Below, piece by piece: positions 39,601-48,800 of a stretch of DNA of 64,000 nucleotides (the first letter of the stretch is position 1; every line of letters starts with the position of its first letter). The translations under genes were made by a program, and so were the position numbers. The stretch is from assembly GCA_951406725.2 (NCBI GenBank), contig OX597823.1, positions 100,440,001-100,504,000 on the forward strand, in the 5' to 3' direction. The stretch comes from Octopus vulgaris. Taxonomy: Eukaryota. The notes below the pieces were generated by a model, which made no database searches, was not told the origin of the DNA, and worked only from the letters and a program-made list of their open reading frames with translations.

Positions 39601-40946
39601 ACACACATGCCTATATCACTTTTGTCAATGATTCAATAATTCTATCAAATGAGGTGTGTAAATGCTTTTCTGTCTCTCTTGCTAACAATTTTTTTTTTGG
39701 TAGATTGCTGAAAAATTAAGTCATCATTATGTGATATACCATCTAGTAGTAATAACGAGCTGTTTCTGGTTATGTTTCTAGGTGAGAACAACTGGTCGTG
39801 TGGATGTACAGACACATCAGCCTATAAAAGGTAGAAGACGCGGTGGTGGTGCTCGGTTCGGAGAAATGGAAAGAGATGCCCTCATTGCACACGGTTCCTC
39901 GTTTCTTTTGCAAGACCGTCTACTCAACTGCACTGACCGATGCCTGGTCAGTGTTGCTTTTCTTATTGTATTTTATTATCTGTATTATTCAACAGTTTTG
40001 ACAAGTTCTTTTTAATATCTTTCTCAGGCCTCCATCAATCAAGGTTAACCATAGATCTATACATACCTATGTGCAGGCCACCTAAGCAGAGCTTTTTTTC
40101 TTTGTTGAAGGGAGACTGTCAGGTGCTCATGCATGCTAGTCCCCTCTTACACACCATCATCATTTAATGACCATGTTCCTTGATTCTTTTGTTGGATAGT
40201 TTGTAGGATCCAATGGGCCCAAGGGTTACATCAGCACCTGCTTTGGCATGGTTTCTATGGCTGGATACCCTTCCTAATGCCACTCAATTTACAGTGTGTG
40301 TGTGTGTGTTTGTGTGACACCAGTATTCATGTGTTTGTTGCCATGCGGCATGCAAGGTTAAGATCCCCTTCAACTAAGTGGGACTACAGTAGAGAGTGGG
40401 ACTAGCTTTATGCTCGGGGATGAAGTGTTAGATTATAGAAGGGGACCAGCACAGAATGGGTTTCTTGTTGTTGAGGCTACTCATACTATAGAAGAGAGAA
40501 TGGAAATAACCAGGGTAAAGCTGGATTATAGATAAAAATAGGGGTATTGAAGTGTCAGGATGAACTCGCAAGGAACACCAAACCATGCTTTTTGCTCCAG
40601 GTAGAACCCTTAAGAAAAATAATCTATGTTTTATATTCAATATAGTAGGGATTGAACACCTGATGTTCAGGTCTTTGGTCTTTTATTTAATCATGCTTTT
40701 TTAATATGTCTTTCCTTTTTCTTAATTTTATTTCAGACAAAAGTTTGCACTGAATGTGGAAATATACTTTCTCCTATTCAGTCTCCGGTTGATAGCACAA
40801 AAATAGCTTATGATATGCAACATTGGTCATGCATGTTATGTAAGAAGTCAGAGACTATTAAAAATATCACCATTCCGTATGTGTTCCGTTACCTTGTTGC
40901 AGAACTTGCAGCTGTAAACATCAACCTAAAAGTTGATGTTAAATGA
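1558..40946 (+). CDS. POLR1B: DNA-directed RNA polymerase I subunit RPA2 (POLR1B), 3' 19 coding exons; 5' exons lie upstream of the window
   Basis: Manually joined GT-AG exons total 2359 nt in one consistent frame. Pol I-type motifs: [97 protein letters not shown]-terminal CTEC..CMLC Zn finger, [12 protein letters not shown]. Confidence 0.97.
3012..3096 (+). CDS. POLR1B: POLR1B exon ([16 protein letters not shown]...)
   Basis: ttccag/gtat; phase 0 to 1 fits both neighbours. Confidence 0.8.
3898..3949. repeat. Perfect 52-bp AT-rich palindrome, followed by a ~115-bp tandem duplication (to ~4130)
   Basis: TATTATTATCAAAGAATGT(AT)7ACATTCTTTGATAATAATA. Confidence 0.85.
6818..6927 (+). CDS. POLR1B: POLR1B exon, fork loop 1 region ([21 protein letters not shown])
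   Basis: aag/gtatgt; Y-x-x-ATGN motif. Confidence 0.9.
7020..7480 (-). mobile_element. SINE with the same body but an RTE-derived 3' tail
   Basis: Degenerate SINE body + microsatellite + GGAAGGGCATCCAG...CCCAT(A/G)CAAGCATG tail matching the RTE 3' end; similar copies at ~280-730 (-), 21540-21890 (-), 34220-34500 (+, truncated). Confidence 0.6.
7494..8296. mobile_element. Non-autonomous DNA transposon (MITE) with ~260-bp TIRs and 8-bp TSD
   Basis: GGATCTTTACCCTTTGAAC...GTTCAAAGGGTAAAGATCC; GTAAACTT at 7486-7493 and 8297-8304; near-identical mirror peptides in the ORF track. Confidence 0.92.
8596..8731 (+). CDS. POLR1B: POLR1B exon, fork loop 2 region ([26 protein letters not shown]...PESW)
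   Basis: tgtag/gtaagt; AERLN..RFLSHFR and PESWG motifs. Confidence 0.95.
9172..9318 (-). mobile_element. Tc1-like transposase fragment
   Basis: Translates [16 protein letters not shown]...[14 protein letters not shown], with one stop. Confidence 0.85.
9493..10513 (+). mobile_element. RTE LINE 3' fragment
   Basis: MIRWM...WYGHVARM...[14 protein letters not shown]-terminus; long 3' UTR with internal repeats; (GAT)n tail. Confidence 0.88.
11661..14765 (-). CDS. LINE ORF2: APE endonuclease + reverse transcriptase
   Basis: APE motifs LLNIRGL, LTETHL, GDFN, LDLCF, SDH; RT motifs [37 protein letters not shown]; CR1-type C-terminus [10 protein letters not shown]; no stops in 1034 aa. Confidence 0.95.
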   Translation of the reverse strand: MHGTKDCTAADLASSNPSPQMGLPTIYKTTTANRPRMDTAGNNIHLTSMLLLNIRGLQTLSNRTKIPFLRDFVACNQALCIALTETHLKPDIADAELHIPQYVVLRTDRKERSHGGAAMYIREDLTPQVLLSYSNSVCDTLIVHIRQLDVVVCATYHPPIAPSHVGKFEDCLIKTEEVLITLEQHISVLLMGDFNLPNVRWPEGLSLPGMTRCERGQARSLLNLINTLYMEQVILQPTRAGNTLDLCFTNDMDLIHNVKVTPTLLSDHNMIELTMYGPKESTDMQPTRNPQNLSSLNYHKANWKQIEKEILKQNWPKCLSSPDIDVKLQQFMSVMQAICYKCVPERKATVHKNKIPRERKILMRRRTKISNRLNKQIESSEKSRLKIKLLEIEKCLQLSHEKERADKEAWAIDNIKSNPRAFYRYAKETATVHCRIGPLLEKDGTLTGKPMRVSEILNEQFKSVFTPPLGHLQITNPTDFFTTADIKSEAATIDYIDIKEDNVIKAIDEMKTDSATGPDGFPAILLKVCKRVLARPLQFLFQSFLAAGKLPRKLKEGKICPIHKGGSRAEAKNYRPISLTSHISKVMERIVIRKLITFLEENDLLPDTQHGFRPGRSCLTQLLQHYDWVLKRLLNHSNVEVIYLDFAKAFDKVDHGMICHKLRDLNIVGKLGEWLHDFLKDRSQVVVANGATSINTQIVSGVPQGTVLGPLLFIMALSDMPSATQRATITSYADDTKVSQAIQNPEDTKRLQCELDKIYKWAEKNSMQFNAEKFQALYYQHAKLNAIPNEYTGPGGIAIPEAQSVHDLGIYMSDDATFRVHVAKLAMKCRRLAGWILRTFRTREQETMMVLWRTLVLSHFDYCSQLWSPSSVKLITELEAIQRSYTKKIASMQNVSYWERLKRLKLYSLERRRERYAIIYIWKILEGRVLNFGIESYAYARTGRHCVVPRTPNLPSRCRTRYCDSLGFRGPQLFNILPKNLRDLHGIDADVFKMKLDLFLSGVPDEPTSRQEVQMRAAASNSLMHQMAVAKKLS
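14609..15358 (-). CDS. LINE ORF1 C-terminal part with degenerate CCCH zinc finger
   Basis: V[R][21 protein letters not shown]; overlaps the ORF2 start; the track ORF starts at GTG, not ATG. Confidence 0.6.
   Translation of the reverse strand: MRSYALVRSHIGTLDAIFENERGKDGKNGDDERSHPHLVDAWEEVLSEKPAWEVNPGASSPTGSKGHGDGEPGEEVEGGGRTKRRTERDKGKAQAGPRGETTRNRSGTAKDGNKQRTRVRRFYLRGTCWHGKEGAGCRFAHRGPCHRDTRQMDKPSTQRKGMDHAPPAPKRRYADVVRATNRQHDVAERAAAEQQSFLCMAQKIVQQLTWLHQTQAHRWDYPLYTRPPQQTDPGWTPPATTYTSPRCSY
16238..16311 (+). CDS. POLR1B: POLR1B exon ([20 protein letters not shown])
   Basis: ctag/gtacc; invariant [12 protein letters not shown] motif. Confidence 0.96.
16442..20390 (-). mobile_element. Second, distinct CR1-group LINE, near full-length but disrupted
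   Basis: RRM-type ORF1 (IIYG..RLG..RPRPIRV, 18995-19693); APE pieces (ITETWL, GDF, SDH, 18016-18750); RT piece 16529-17737 (FADD); frameshifts, two internal deletions and a (TAAC/TTAAC)n tail. Confidence 0.9.
22921..23127 (+). CDS. POLR1B: POLR1B exon ([11 protein letters not shown]...VMLNGQILG...LRALK)
   Basis: Long pyrimidine tract + ag; gtaaga donor; 69 codons. Confidence 0.9.
23486..23683 (+). CDS. POLR1B: POLR1B exon (VPVTLEI...[23 protein letters not shown])
   Basis: ctag/gtaagt; RPA2-specific YPG.YLF and IG.FEQ motifs. Confidence 0.95.
25011..26041 (+). mobile_element. Helentron/HINE-like non-autonomous element containing a Gypsy integrase C-terminal fragment (25587-25800)
   Basis: 5' TTATCTCTGCCTT and 3' CCTTGGCGGAGG sub-terminal inverted repeat, plus GCGCTC-tct-GAGTGC hairpin; internal peptide similar to the integrase tail at 58175-59674. 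Confidence 0.55.
26488..26595 (+). CDS. POLR1B: POLR1B exon (ITTHMEL...[16 protein letters not shown])
   Basis: tatag/gtaaat; NQSPRN.YQCQ motif. Confidence 0.96.
26935..27140 (-). mobile_element. Second tRNA-derived SINE family
   Basis: GGCAGTGAGCTGGCAGAATCGTTAGCAC head and CCTTTCATCCTTT..GGGGT.GATAAA body; copies at ~26075-26290, 49110-49200, 49820-49980. Confidence 0.65.
27376..27552 (+). CDS. POLR1B: POLR1B exon (MGKQTVG...[10 protein letters not shown]...[15 protein letters not shown])
   Basis: ttcag/gtaaac; conserved motifs. Confidence 0.96.
28418..28501 (+). CDS. POLR1B: POLR1B exon ([19 protein letters not shown])
   Basis: tacag/gtaagt; active-site GYDMED motif. Confidence 0.96.
29807..29855 (+). 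CDS. POLR1B: POLR1B small exon ([16 protein letters not shown])
   Basis: Pyrimidine tract + aag; gtaagt donor; supplies the phase 0 to 1 change needed between flanking exons. Confidence 0.8.
30261..30410. mobile_element. hAT-like MITE
   Basis: CAGTGGTT...CATTG ends; 8-bp TSD ctctccac/ctctacac. Confidence 0.6.
31664..31748 (+). CDS. POLR1B: POLR1B exon ([20 protein letters not shown])
   Basis: tgtag/gtacg; LD.DGLP..G motif. Confidence 0.92.
32447..32588 (+). CDS. POLR1B: POLR1B exon (YFNQET...[10 protein letters not shown]...LRVP)
   Basis: ttag/gtacgt; phase 2 to 0. Confidence 0.9.
32701..33131. mobile_element. Inverted pair of degenerate Penelope-like RT fragments
   Basis: 32701-32820 is the approximate reverse complement of 33014-33131; encodes NFINN...[10 protein letters not shown]. 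Confidence 0.6.
33465..33512. repeat. Perfect 22-bp inverted repeat with 4-nt loop
   Basis: TCTGGCACTGTCCATCCACATT-gtta-AATGTGGATGGACAGTGCCAGA. Confidence 0.95.
34579..34637 (+). CDS. POLR1B: POLR1B exon ([19 protein letters not shown])
   Basis: cttag/gtaagg; GDKF.SRHGQKG motif. Confidence 0.97.
35214..35311 (+). CDS. POLR1B: POLR1B exon ([30 protein letters not shown])
   Basis: tccag/gtaact. Confidence 0.97.
35775..36325 (+). mobile_element. Degenerate mariner transposon
   Basis: Remnants [37 protein letters not shown], and a decayed HQDNAP-like QNSAPVH. Confidence 0.65.
36905..37030 (+). CDS. POLR1B: POLR1B exon ([21 protein letters not shown])
   Basis: tacag/gttagt. Confidence 0.95.
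37883..38010 (+). CDS. POLR1B: POLR1B exon ([13 protein letters not shown]...[14 protein letters not shown])
   Basis: tacag/gtgaga. Confidence 0.97.
38600..39408 (+). mobile_element. Non-autonomous Helitron with internal ~190-bp tandem duplication
   Basis: 3' end CCCAAGCAACGCCGGG...CTAG|T at 39381-39409; repeats at 38616-38780 and 38803-38960; 5' boundary uncertain. Confidence 0.55.
39782..39946 (+). CDS. POLR1B: POLR1B exon (VRTTG...[22 protein letters not shown])
   Basis: ctag/gtcagt. Confidence 0.97.
40737..40946 (+). CDS. POLR1B: POLR1B terminal exon (Zn finger CTEC/CMLC, ...NINLKVDVK*)
   Basis: ttcag acceptor; TGA at 40944-40946. Confidence 0.96.
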   Translation, partial: TKVCTECGNILSPIQSPVDSTKIAYDMQHWSCMLCKKSETIKNITIPYVFRYLVAELAAVNINLKVDVK

Positions 40947-41152
40947 TGTGATTAATGCCTTTGTTGTATGACACCTGTAAGTATTTTGATGATAGATTTT
41001 TTTTTTCTGAAGTTGAATGAGCTGCGAAATTCATCAAAGATTTTGTTTTACTGTATTATGTACACCTGACAGTTATTGGAAGGCAGCTGTTTGTCAAGTC
41101 AGTGTATAAAAAACAGTTGTCTAAATTTCCTGTTTGATCAACAACAGCTTGT

Positions 41153-41158
41153 AATAAA
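41153..41158 (+). terminator. Probable POLR1B polyadenylation signal
   Basis: AATAAA ~210 nt after the stop, followed by T-rich sequence. Confidence 0.55.
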
Positions 41159-41815
41159 GATATTTTTATACATAATTTTAATTAATCTTCTGTCTATATT
41201 GGTTTTTTACATTGTTTTCATATCTTTAAAGTAGAAGCAAATTTCTACAAATTTAGACTAATTTTTGTGAATTGTTTTACATTCTTAACAAGGACTTGCA
41301 TGTTCATTTTTAATGTATTGCTATTGTGTTTCATTACAGAACAACTTTTCCTTTACAACAAATGTGTATTCAGAAGACATTTCATTCATTAGAGTAAAGG
41401 AACTTTGGGACATGCAGTGTTTCAACATTGTTGTGTCTTTTCAGCCATCTCAGACTAATGAATTTGGCATGAGTACCTACACCAGTCATAGGATGGTTAT
41501 GATGGTATTTACCTTTCAGATGGACTGACTCAATTAGTTTACTTTATGAAAGGAGGCAGAATTTTATGCCATTTTGAGGTTCTGGCCTTTCAAACACTGT
41601 ACAAATGTCTAACAACTGCTGCATGGCATTTTCCATCTGATTCATTTCTGTGACACTTTATCTGTAAAACTAAACTTTCTTAAGTCTGAGCTTACTATAC
41701 ACGTTCACAAATTTCTCCATCACTTGTAACCCTAAAATAGTTGAGTTACTTCATATTTAAGTTTCCTTGGTGACACTCAACATCATTCTAAGAACAAAAG
41801 TTTTTTGTTTTTTAT

Positions 41816-41880
41816 TTATCCTGGGCAAAGGGCAGAGTTGACTGAGATTATCCTAGGCAAAGGGCAGAGTTGACTAAGAT
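41816..41880. repeat. ~32-bp tandem duplication
   Basis: TTATCCT(G/A)GGCAAAGGGCAGAGTTGACT(G/A)AGA x2. Confidence 0.85.
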
Positions 41881-42768
41881 GGAGTCTATTTTAATAGCAT
41901 AGAAGTTAGTGGCAAGAATTCTTTAGGTCAAAGCTTGTAAGATTCCATATTTTATATTATTTTTATTATTATCCATTTAAGTAGGCATATGTAATTTGTA
42001 ATTATTTAATTATTATTCAATTCCATTGAATTCTTATCTTTTTGTAATTAGAATTGCATAATAAAAGTTAATGAACTATTTAGTAATTAAAAATCTATGA
42101 TGATGTTGATTTTTAGCTAAATAAAACTGAAGTTGGAAGAATAAGAAAAAACATTAAAAATATATTATTAGTACATATAAGGTTTACAATAATTTTATGC
42201 CAAGGTACAAATAATACATACTTAACATTTACATGGAGACATACATGCAAGACATGTTAAACTATGATGATGATGGCAACAACAATGTATCTTTCTCTTT
42301 CTTGAAAACTTGATAAGGGTTCATATCAGGAAAGGGTATCCAGCCATAAAGCAATACCTCAGAATGTCCTGTCAATCCATACTGGCATGTAAGAGCAGAT
42401 GTAAAAATATTTTTTTTTAGCATTGATTGAGAAGACCTTTGATCAAAAGTAGTTTAATATCAGCCTTTCTTTATGTATATCTAGGACATTGTCTAATGTG
42501 TCCTTTTTAAATTGACAGGTTTTTTTTTAAGAAAATTTGGCTGCTGTTTCTAGCAGATCAGGTATCCATGTAGAGGTTCTCTCATCTATTTGATATACAG
42601 TAATCCCTCGCCATATCGTAGTTTATTTTTTAAGGTTACATTGATTCCTCCATGGTGTTGTTTTGCATTTATAATAAAATAAATATATACAAATTATAAA
42701 AATAGATATATTATGATGTATATATGTGTATATACGTATGATATATATATATATATATATATATATAC

Positions 42769-43165
42769 ACTAACAATGCATCCTGGTGTTGCCCAGGTGT
42801 TATGACCTACAGGTACATTGTATTATTTGCTCCTTTCTTATGGGCAGAATCAGCACAGCTGATACATAGTTAATGGCAGAATGGAAGTTATTGTTTGTTT
42901 AAAAGTGAAGGAGTAGGGTACAATTTGCATGGGTTTGCATGAAAGTGCCTGTTCTTAAGGATCGCAAGTTATTTATTGTTTCATTGTATAAAAGTGGGTT
43001 AATACAATTTTGTCCAGAAATCACATTTTCAAAATTTTAATCTCACCCCATCCTCACTGCAATTTCTTAATTTGTAACTTTTTCAATTTTTTTTTTTTTT
43101 TATCTCCGTAGAAAAATACAGAGATTACGAATCTAGGAAATACATATATATTTTTTATCATAGTT
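42769..43165 (-). mobile_element. Degenerate non-autonomous Helitron
   Basis: Minus-strand CCTGGGCAACACCAGG...TTAGT, a decayed Helitron 3' hairpin/CTAG end. Confidence 0.4.
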
Positions 43166-43798
43166 TAATATTTCTGAAGGAAACACTCAATGCCCCTTCC
43201 AGATAATTTCAATATGAAGCAAATAATTTGTGAAGATACCATTGTGTTATTATCTAGTGTAACAATTTAAAAATGATAGCAGAATCAATAATATAGGCGA
43301 TTGCAGGCCTGTATTGAAATTATTTTCACACTGGTGGCTGTCAGGATTCAGCACAAAACAAATCAGTTGCAGTGCAGACTTGAACGCAACGGGTTTGGGA
43401 CTTTCCATCTTGGTAACACGTGCTGAGGAAGGTGAGGCTATAATGCCAGTCCAGAAACTGGTCCATGTGAGTCCAAATACTTGAATGTATGCTGAGAGAT
43501 TGTCTTAGCCTGTTTGCCTTGAAACGGTTGATTTCTGTAGTTATTATCAAATAAGAGTTTTGACGGCTATTTCCAGCAGTTAGACATACTTAACGTGTCC
43601 TTTGATTAATTTTAATCTTTCAGCTATTCAATACTTTTTTTGTCCCTGCAATCAATATTATTGATTCTGTTACTATCATTTTAAAATTTAGGGCGATTAT
43701 ATATTATGAAGTAAAAGCCGGAAAAATTACATAAAAAAATCACAGAAGATAAAAAAATCCATGATATAAATAATATTGTATTAATAGACCAATATATA

Positions 43799-44212
43799 GG
43801 TGCAGGAGTGGCTGTGTGGTAAGTAGCTTGCTAACCAACCACATGGTTCCGGGTTCAGTCCCACTGCGTGGCATCTTGGGCAAGTGTCTTCTGCTATAGC
43901 CCCAGGCCGACCAATGCCTTGTGAGTGGATTTGGTAGACGGAAACTGAAAGAAGCCTGTCGTATATATGTATATATATATAAGTGTGTGTGTATATGTTT
44001 GTGTGTCTGTGTTTGTCCCCCTAGCATTGCTTGACAACCGATGCTGGTGTGTTTACGTCCCCGTCACTTAGCGGTTCGGCAAAAGAGACCGATAGAATAA
44101 GTACTGGGCTTACAAAGAATAAGTCCCGGGGTCGATTTGCTCGACTAAAAGGCGGTGCTCCAGCATGGCCGCAGTCAAATGACTGAAACAAGTAAAAGAG
44201 TAAAAAGAGTAT
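43799..44212 (+). mobile_element. Young full-length tRNA-derived SINE with CR1-like 3' tail
   Basis: A box TGGCTGTGTGG, B box GGTTCAGTCCC, internal (TA/TG)n, 3' CCAGCATGGCC..CTGAAAC and (GTAAAAGA)n tail; CpGs retained. Older copies at ~4705-5062 (+), 1710-2070 (-), 28530-28840 (-). Confidence 0.88.
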
Positions 44213-44639
44213 ATAAAGTATGATTATTTTATGAATGTATTACTCTTTGAAATGAAATGCAAAATTGATAATGATTATTAGGTAATACATCCGCTCGTCA
44301 GAGAAAAGGATGAATTTCCGTATAGTCCAATCAACTGAGAGAGATGCTACTTAAAAACCTATGATAAAGATGTTGTTTAAAAAGTTACTGTTATAGATGT
44401 AAAGATGTGTAACTAGGGCTAAAAATTTTGATAAAATAATATAAACTCATGGTAAAATCCTTTGTAGTAATCCATGATGGCTGCGTGTAGACAGAAGCTG
44501 CATAATTACTTTTCTCTTTAGTATGTAATCCATAAATGTAAAGAATTCTTTATTATCCACAAGGGGTCCACATAAAGGGGACTATACAACATGGGGAGGG
44601 GGGGAATATAAACTGAAAGTAAGGGATGACTAAAATAAT

Positions 44640-45270
44640 GAAAGCAAATGGAAAATGAAACAAAGCTATTCGGCCCCACATCCGAGCAACTTCATTCAAC
44701 ATGTTAGTACGACTTTGAAACACAGTTAATCTTGATCCTTCTGAAGAATGTCTATTTTATAATCATCGCAAAGATCATGATACTCTCTTTCTACTTTGCT
44801 GATTGGCTGGTGTCAATATTCAGAGTTCGTTTCGTAGTCTTTTTATTCTTGACTTATGTTCCAAGTTTGCCACCACACAATGGTATCACCATGGTAATCC
44901 AGAATATCCTGTCGTATATACTTTTATTATATTGTCCCATGTGTCTATTTCCTCGTAAAGTTCTCTATTGGTTCTGTCATATATTACAATGCATTTTTTC
45001 TCACAGGGCAGGGAGGGGCAGTTTTGGGGCTCCTGTGTGCTTGTGTCGGTGGGGTGTGAAGAGCGTTGGTGTCTGTAGCGGGAGGATGGGACAGAGTGGG
45101 TGTGGGATGGGGGTCAACATTCACAGGTTGTGTCTTTCTCTTCTTTCTTCTTTTTCTACCAGCTATTTCCCATTCATTCCCTTCGTTGTTCACCTTTTCT
45201 TCTTCCTCAGCACTTGTATTATCTTTTGTTGGTGCTGAAGGTGCATCTTCCTCCCAGCTTGTGTACACAC
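44640..45270 (-). mobile_element. Internally deleted non-LTR (L1/Tx1-like) remnant
   Basis: ORF1-like low-complexity peptide (EWEIAGRKRRKKRK..PPTQ) joined to a degenerate ORF2-tail-like segment; starts at (TA)n. Confidence 0.4.
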
Positions 45271-45842
45271 ATATATATATATAGTAAGAGGAGGGATATA
45301 ATATCCAGGCAGATACCACATTTCTCTATGTAAAATGCCAAAGCTGGTTCCTTCAGATGGTGCATTTTTTGGTTAATTTCCCGTACTCCCATCCGATGTT
45401 AAAGTTTATTTCTTGGCTACTTACATTGTAAAATACAATATTGATAATAAGGAGAAGGAACAATTTGAACTTTCAAACTATATGGTTCTTTGTCCAATTA
45501 TTTTGGACAATTATTATGAATAAACTAACTGGAACGAAACAAAGTTTGAATGCTTTAATTCTTCATTGATTATAAATTCACTTGACACATGGTTGGGAAG
45601 TGAATGTCTTAACCCCTCAGCCATTTCTGCATTTCCTGCCAAGAAACTAAATATTAATACATTTTATTTATAAATTTATGTGAGTTATAGAAACTGTAAC
45701 AAGTAACATGCTGCAATTATTTCTAATAAAAGTTGTGTGGAGATGGAAATAAATATAAAACAATATTTTTTAATGTTATTTTATTGTTTGTTGACTCAAG
45801 ACAATTAGTGAAACGAGAAGAGTTTCTGTTCATTTTGGAAAC

Positions 45843-48800
45843 TTAATGGTATGGCCTGTCAATGCGATGAGTGTACTGTGTTCCTGTGCAAAAAACATTC
45901 TCATACATAGGGTTATTCCGATCAATTTCTTCTGTGAAGCTTGTCTTCCCTGAAACAATGTTTGGAATATGGCCATAATTGGGTACATCGCAAGGCCCTA
46001 TTTTAAAAATTGAAGATACGTCTTTATGTCGCCTGTAAAGCTTTTCATCTAAGACATCGTGATAGTTTACGTAATAACGTCTGCATGGCATCGGTGCCAT
46101 GTGAAATTTGTTTGCTGTTTGAGAATACAAGAGTTCCCGTTTGTAGCCATTTAACATCAAATGGGGATGTATACTTGGAAGTATGCCAATATTTCTATAT
46201 CGAAAACCTAAAAAAATAAAGAAGTGACAGATTTCTTTAAAAGAAAACAGTCTATTTATCTCATGATTCATTATTTATTTAAAATATTATTTTAGAAATA
46301 TTGGGAAACATGAAAATGAGTAAACGAGTCTGTAAATAAGAAGTCATTGAGTTAAAAAAGAGCATTGGACAGAAAATAAAGAGATGGAAAACCATTTGGA
46401 TGACTCAAATGGCATATTTACGGTAAGCTTGGCAATTGTGACATTGTTTTACCAAATCAACTTCCTGACCAGCCAAATAAGATGCTTTCATCTTACAAAG
46501 TGAGAAACAAAGTTTATTTATGTTTAGAACCAGTTAGGTTGAATAAAATGAAAATTGGGTCTTTTATGATGTATCTTGGGTGTAAATGCAGTTATAAAGA
46601 ATAGTTCATAATTATTTCACATGCTAGCCTCTACTTGCTGTATCTGCTTGACTATACTGGAAACAAATGTAATCTCTTTGTGCTTGGGTGTTTTTGGATC
46701 TAAGGTTGAATTAAATGCAAACTAATATAGTTCACATTCGTAGACATACATGTGATGGTCTTGATGAAAAATGCTCGAATTTTAATACTAGCAAAGAAAA
46801 AAAAAAATACAGTTTTATAACAATGAAGAATAATTTTTCTTTATTTTCAAAGGTGAAAACACTTTTGCTTTGGGGGGATTGAGAACTGCCAATGGAAGTA
46901 AATTTATTGCAATTAACGTAATTTTTCGAGAGTTGTTGAAAGGAGAACAGCAGGGAAATATATATATATATGCATACAGTGAGCAAGAGTCTGGAAAATT
47001 ATGAATGAAATATCTTTCAAAACAAACCACTTCATATATCTGAAATGAAATTAGGCAAAGAAAAAGAGAGAGGAGGGAAGGGGGCAACCATAAATTAATG
47101 GATAAGAGAAAATATGGAAGTACCAAATCGTGGTTTATCAGTTCATTTTATTTTTAACTTTGTTGTGTCTCTGGATAACTGGTTTCCTAAATGGAGACTA
47201 CATGCCAGGTCTTTTTAGGGAATACTTCTCATGTTAACCTTTTTGTTATCATATTTTTGTTCAAAAATTTAAGAATTTGGTAGAATAATTTTGTCATTGT
47301 TGTTCGGAACATAAAAATTTTTTGGAAGGTTTTAAGATCACTTTAAAACAAAGTTTGCATCATACACCCCAAGGGTGGATTCAAGCAGTTAGATATCAAA
47401 AGGGTTAAAACGATGTTTATATCAGGCTTGTCTTGGGTGGGCTGATATCAAAGAGTTACTGTATTGAGAGAGTGAGGAAGATGCTGATGACCTTGTTCTT
47501 AAAGGTGAATTTGTAGTAGAATTAGAAAAGAAATTTTGGTTCTAAAAGTAAAATCTGAAATTAAAGGGCTTTAAAGTTAACTCAGCAAAAACTGGGTGTA
47601 GGACAACAGAGAAACTATTAAACCCTTCAGGAAAATGGCCAGTCTCAATATAGAGAAAAGGTGTAGGTAAAAATTCCATGCTGTGTACCTGATACAAACT
47701 GGACGCATAAGAGAAGCAGTGGAATCACAGGAAAGTTAAGAAAAGAAACTTTGTGCATGGCAGATGTTCAGGAACAATAAATGCTAAGAACACACAGGCA
47801 ATTGATTTCCTCCTCAGATGCCCAGGAAGATCCTTAGAGGAAGTAGATAAGTTGTGTATGTAGGTGACATAATTAGCAGTGGAGGAGGAAGATCTACTGA
47901 AAGCATAATTGTTAGAATAAGAACCAGCTAGAGAAAGTTCAGAGAGTAATTACCTCTGTTGGTATCAAACAATCTGTCTTACAGGGTGAAAGGCAGATTA
48001 TATGGTGCTTGCATATGAACAACAACGTTAGATGATAAGAGAAATGTAGTCCCTGAGTGCAGAAGACGTGTGAAGTCGAGAAAGAAATGAAGCTAGAATA
48101 CTCTGTTAGATGTGCATGTATCCTTACTTGTTCTTGCATTCGTCCAGATTGGGCCGAGCCAGCTCCAACTAACAACTCTACTCCTCACAAATGTTGACCA
48201 CATCTGACCATCAACTGTAATGGATGCCCACTGCTGAAGACCATAGACATAGGGTCCAATTGTGCTTTACTGTTGGCAGCCAGAGGGTTCATGCAGCATT
48301 GTCATATTTCAGGGTTAGAAATGAAATCCAACGGGTGTAAGCGCAGAATTCAACGTAGTGGTTGAAGACACCTGAGTTTTTGGAGATCTTCAGCTCTCAT
48401 TGGTCAGGGTTCACACCCACAAAGGAGAATAGTTCAAATGAGCCCTTGGAAAATTCACACTTTCACGTTAATTCTGATCTCTGGTTGCCTTGAAAACAAT
48501 AAAACATCATCATCATCTTCGTTTAACGTCTGTTTTCCATGCTGGCATGGTTTGACTGGGGACTGGCAAGCCAGGAGGCCGCACCAGGCTCCAAATTGAT
48601 ATGGAAATGTTTCTACAGCTGGATGCCCTTCATAATGCCAACCACTCCGAGAATGTAGTGGGTGTTTATTGTGGCACGGGAGCCAGTCAGGTAGCACTGG
48701 CATCGGCCATGTTTGGATGGTGCTTCTTACGTGCCACCGGCACATGAGCTAATCTGGGGGTGGGTGGCATCAATCACATTTGGAGGGTGCTTTTTATTTG

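Noticed and set aside
43799-43875. tRNA gene
   Set aside because: A/B boxes are present but there is no convincing cloverleaf, and the sequence continues into a multi-copy SINE body.
44984-45319. Third coding exon of the - strand gene
   Set aside because: It lies beyond that gene's stop and polyA signal and looks like a LINE ORF1 low-complexity segment.
46732-46790. Extra exon (LKFEHFSSRPSH) for the - strand gene
   Set aside because: The acceptor is good, but its gtatgt donor would be phase 0 while the last exon needs phase 1; the direct join is already in frame. It cannot be fully excluded.
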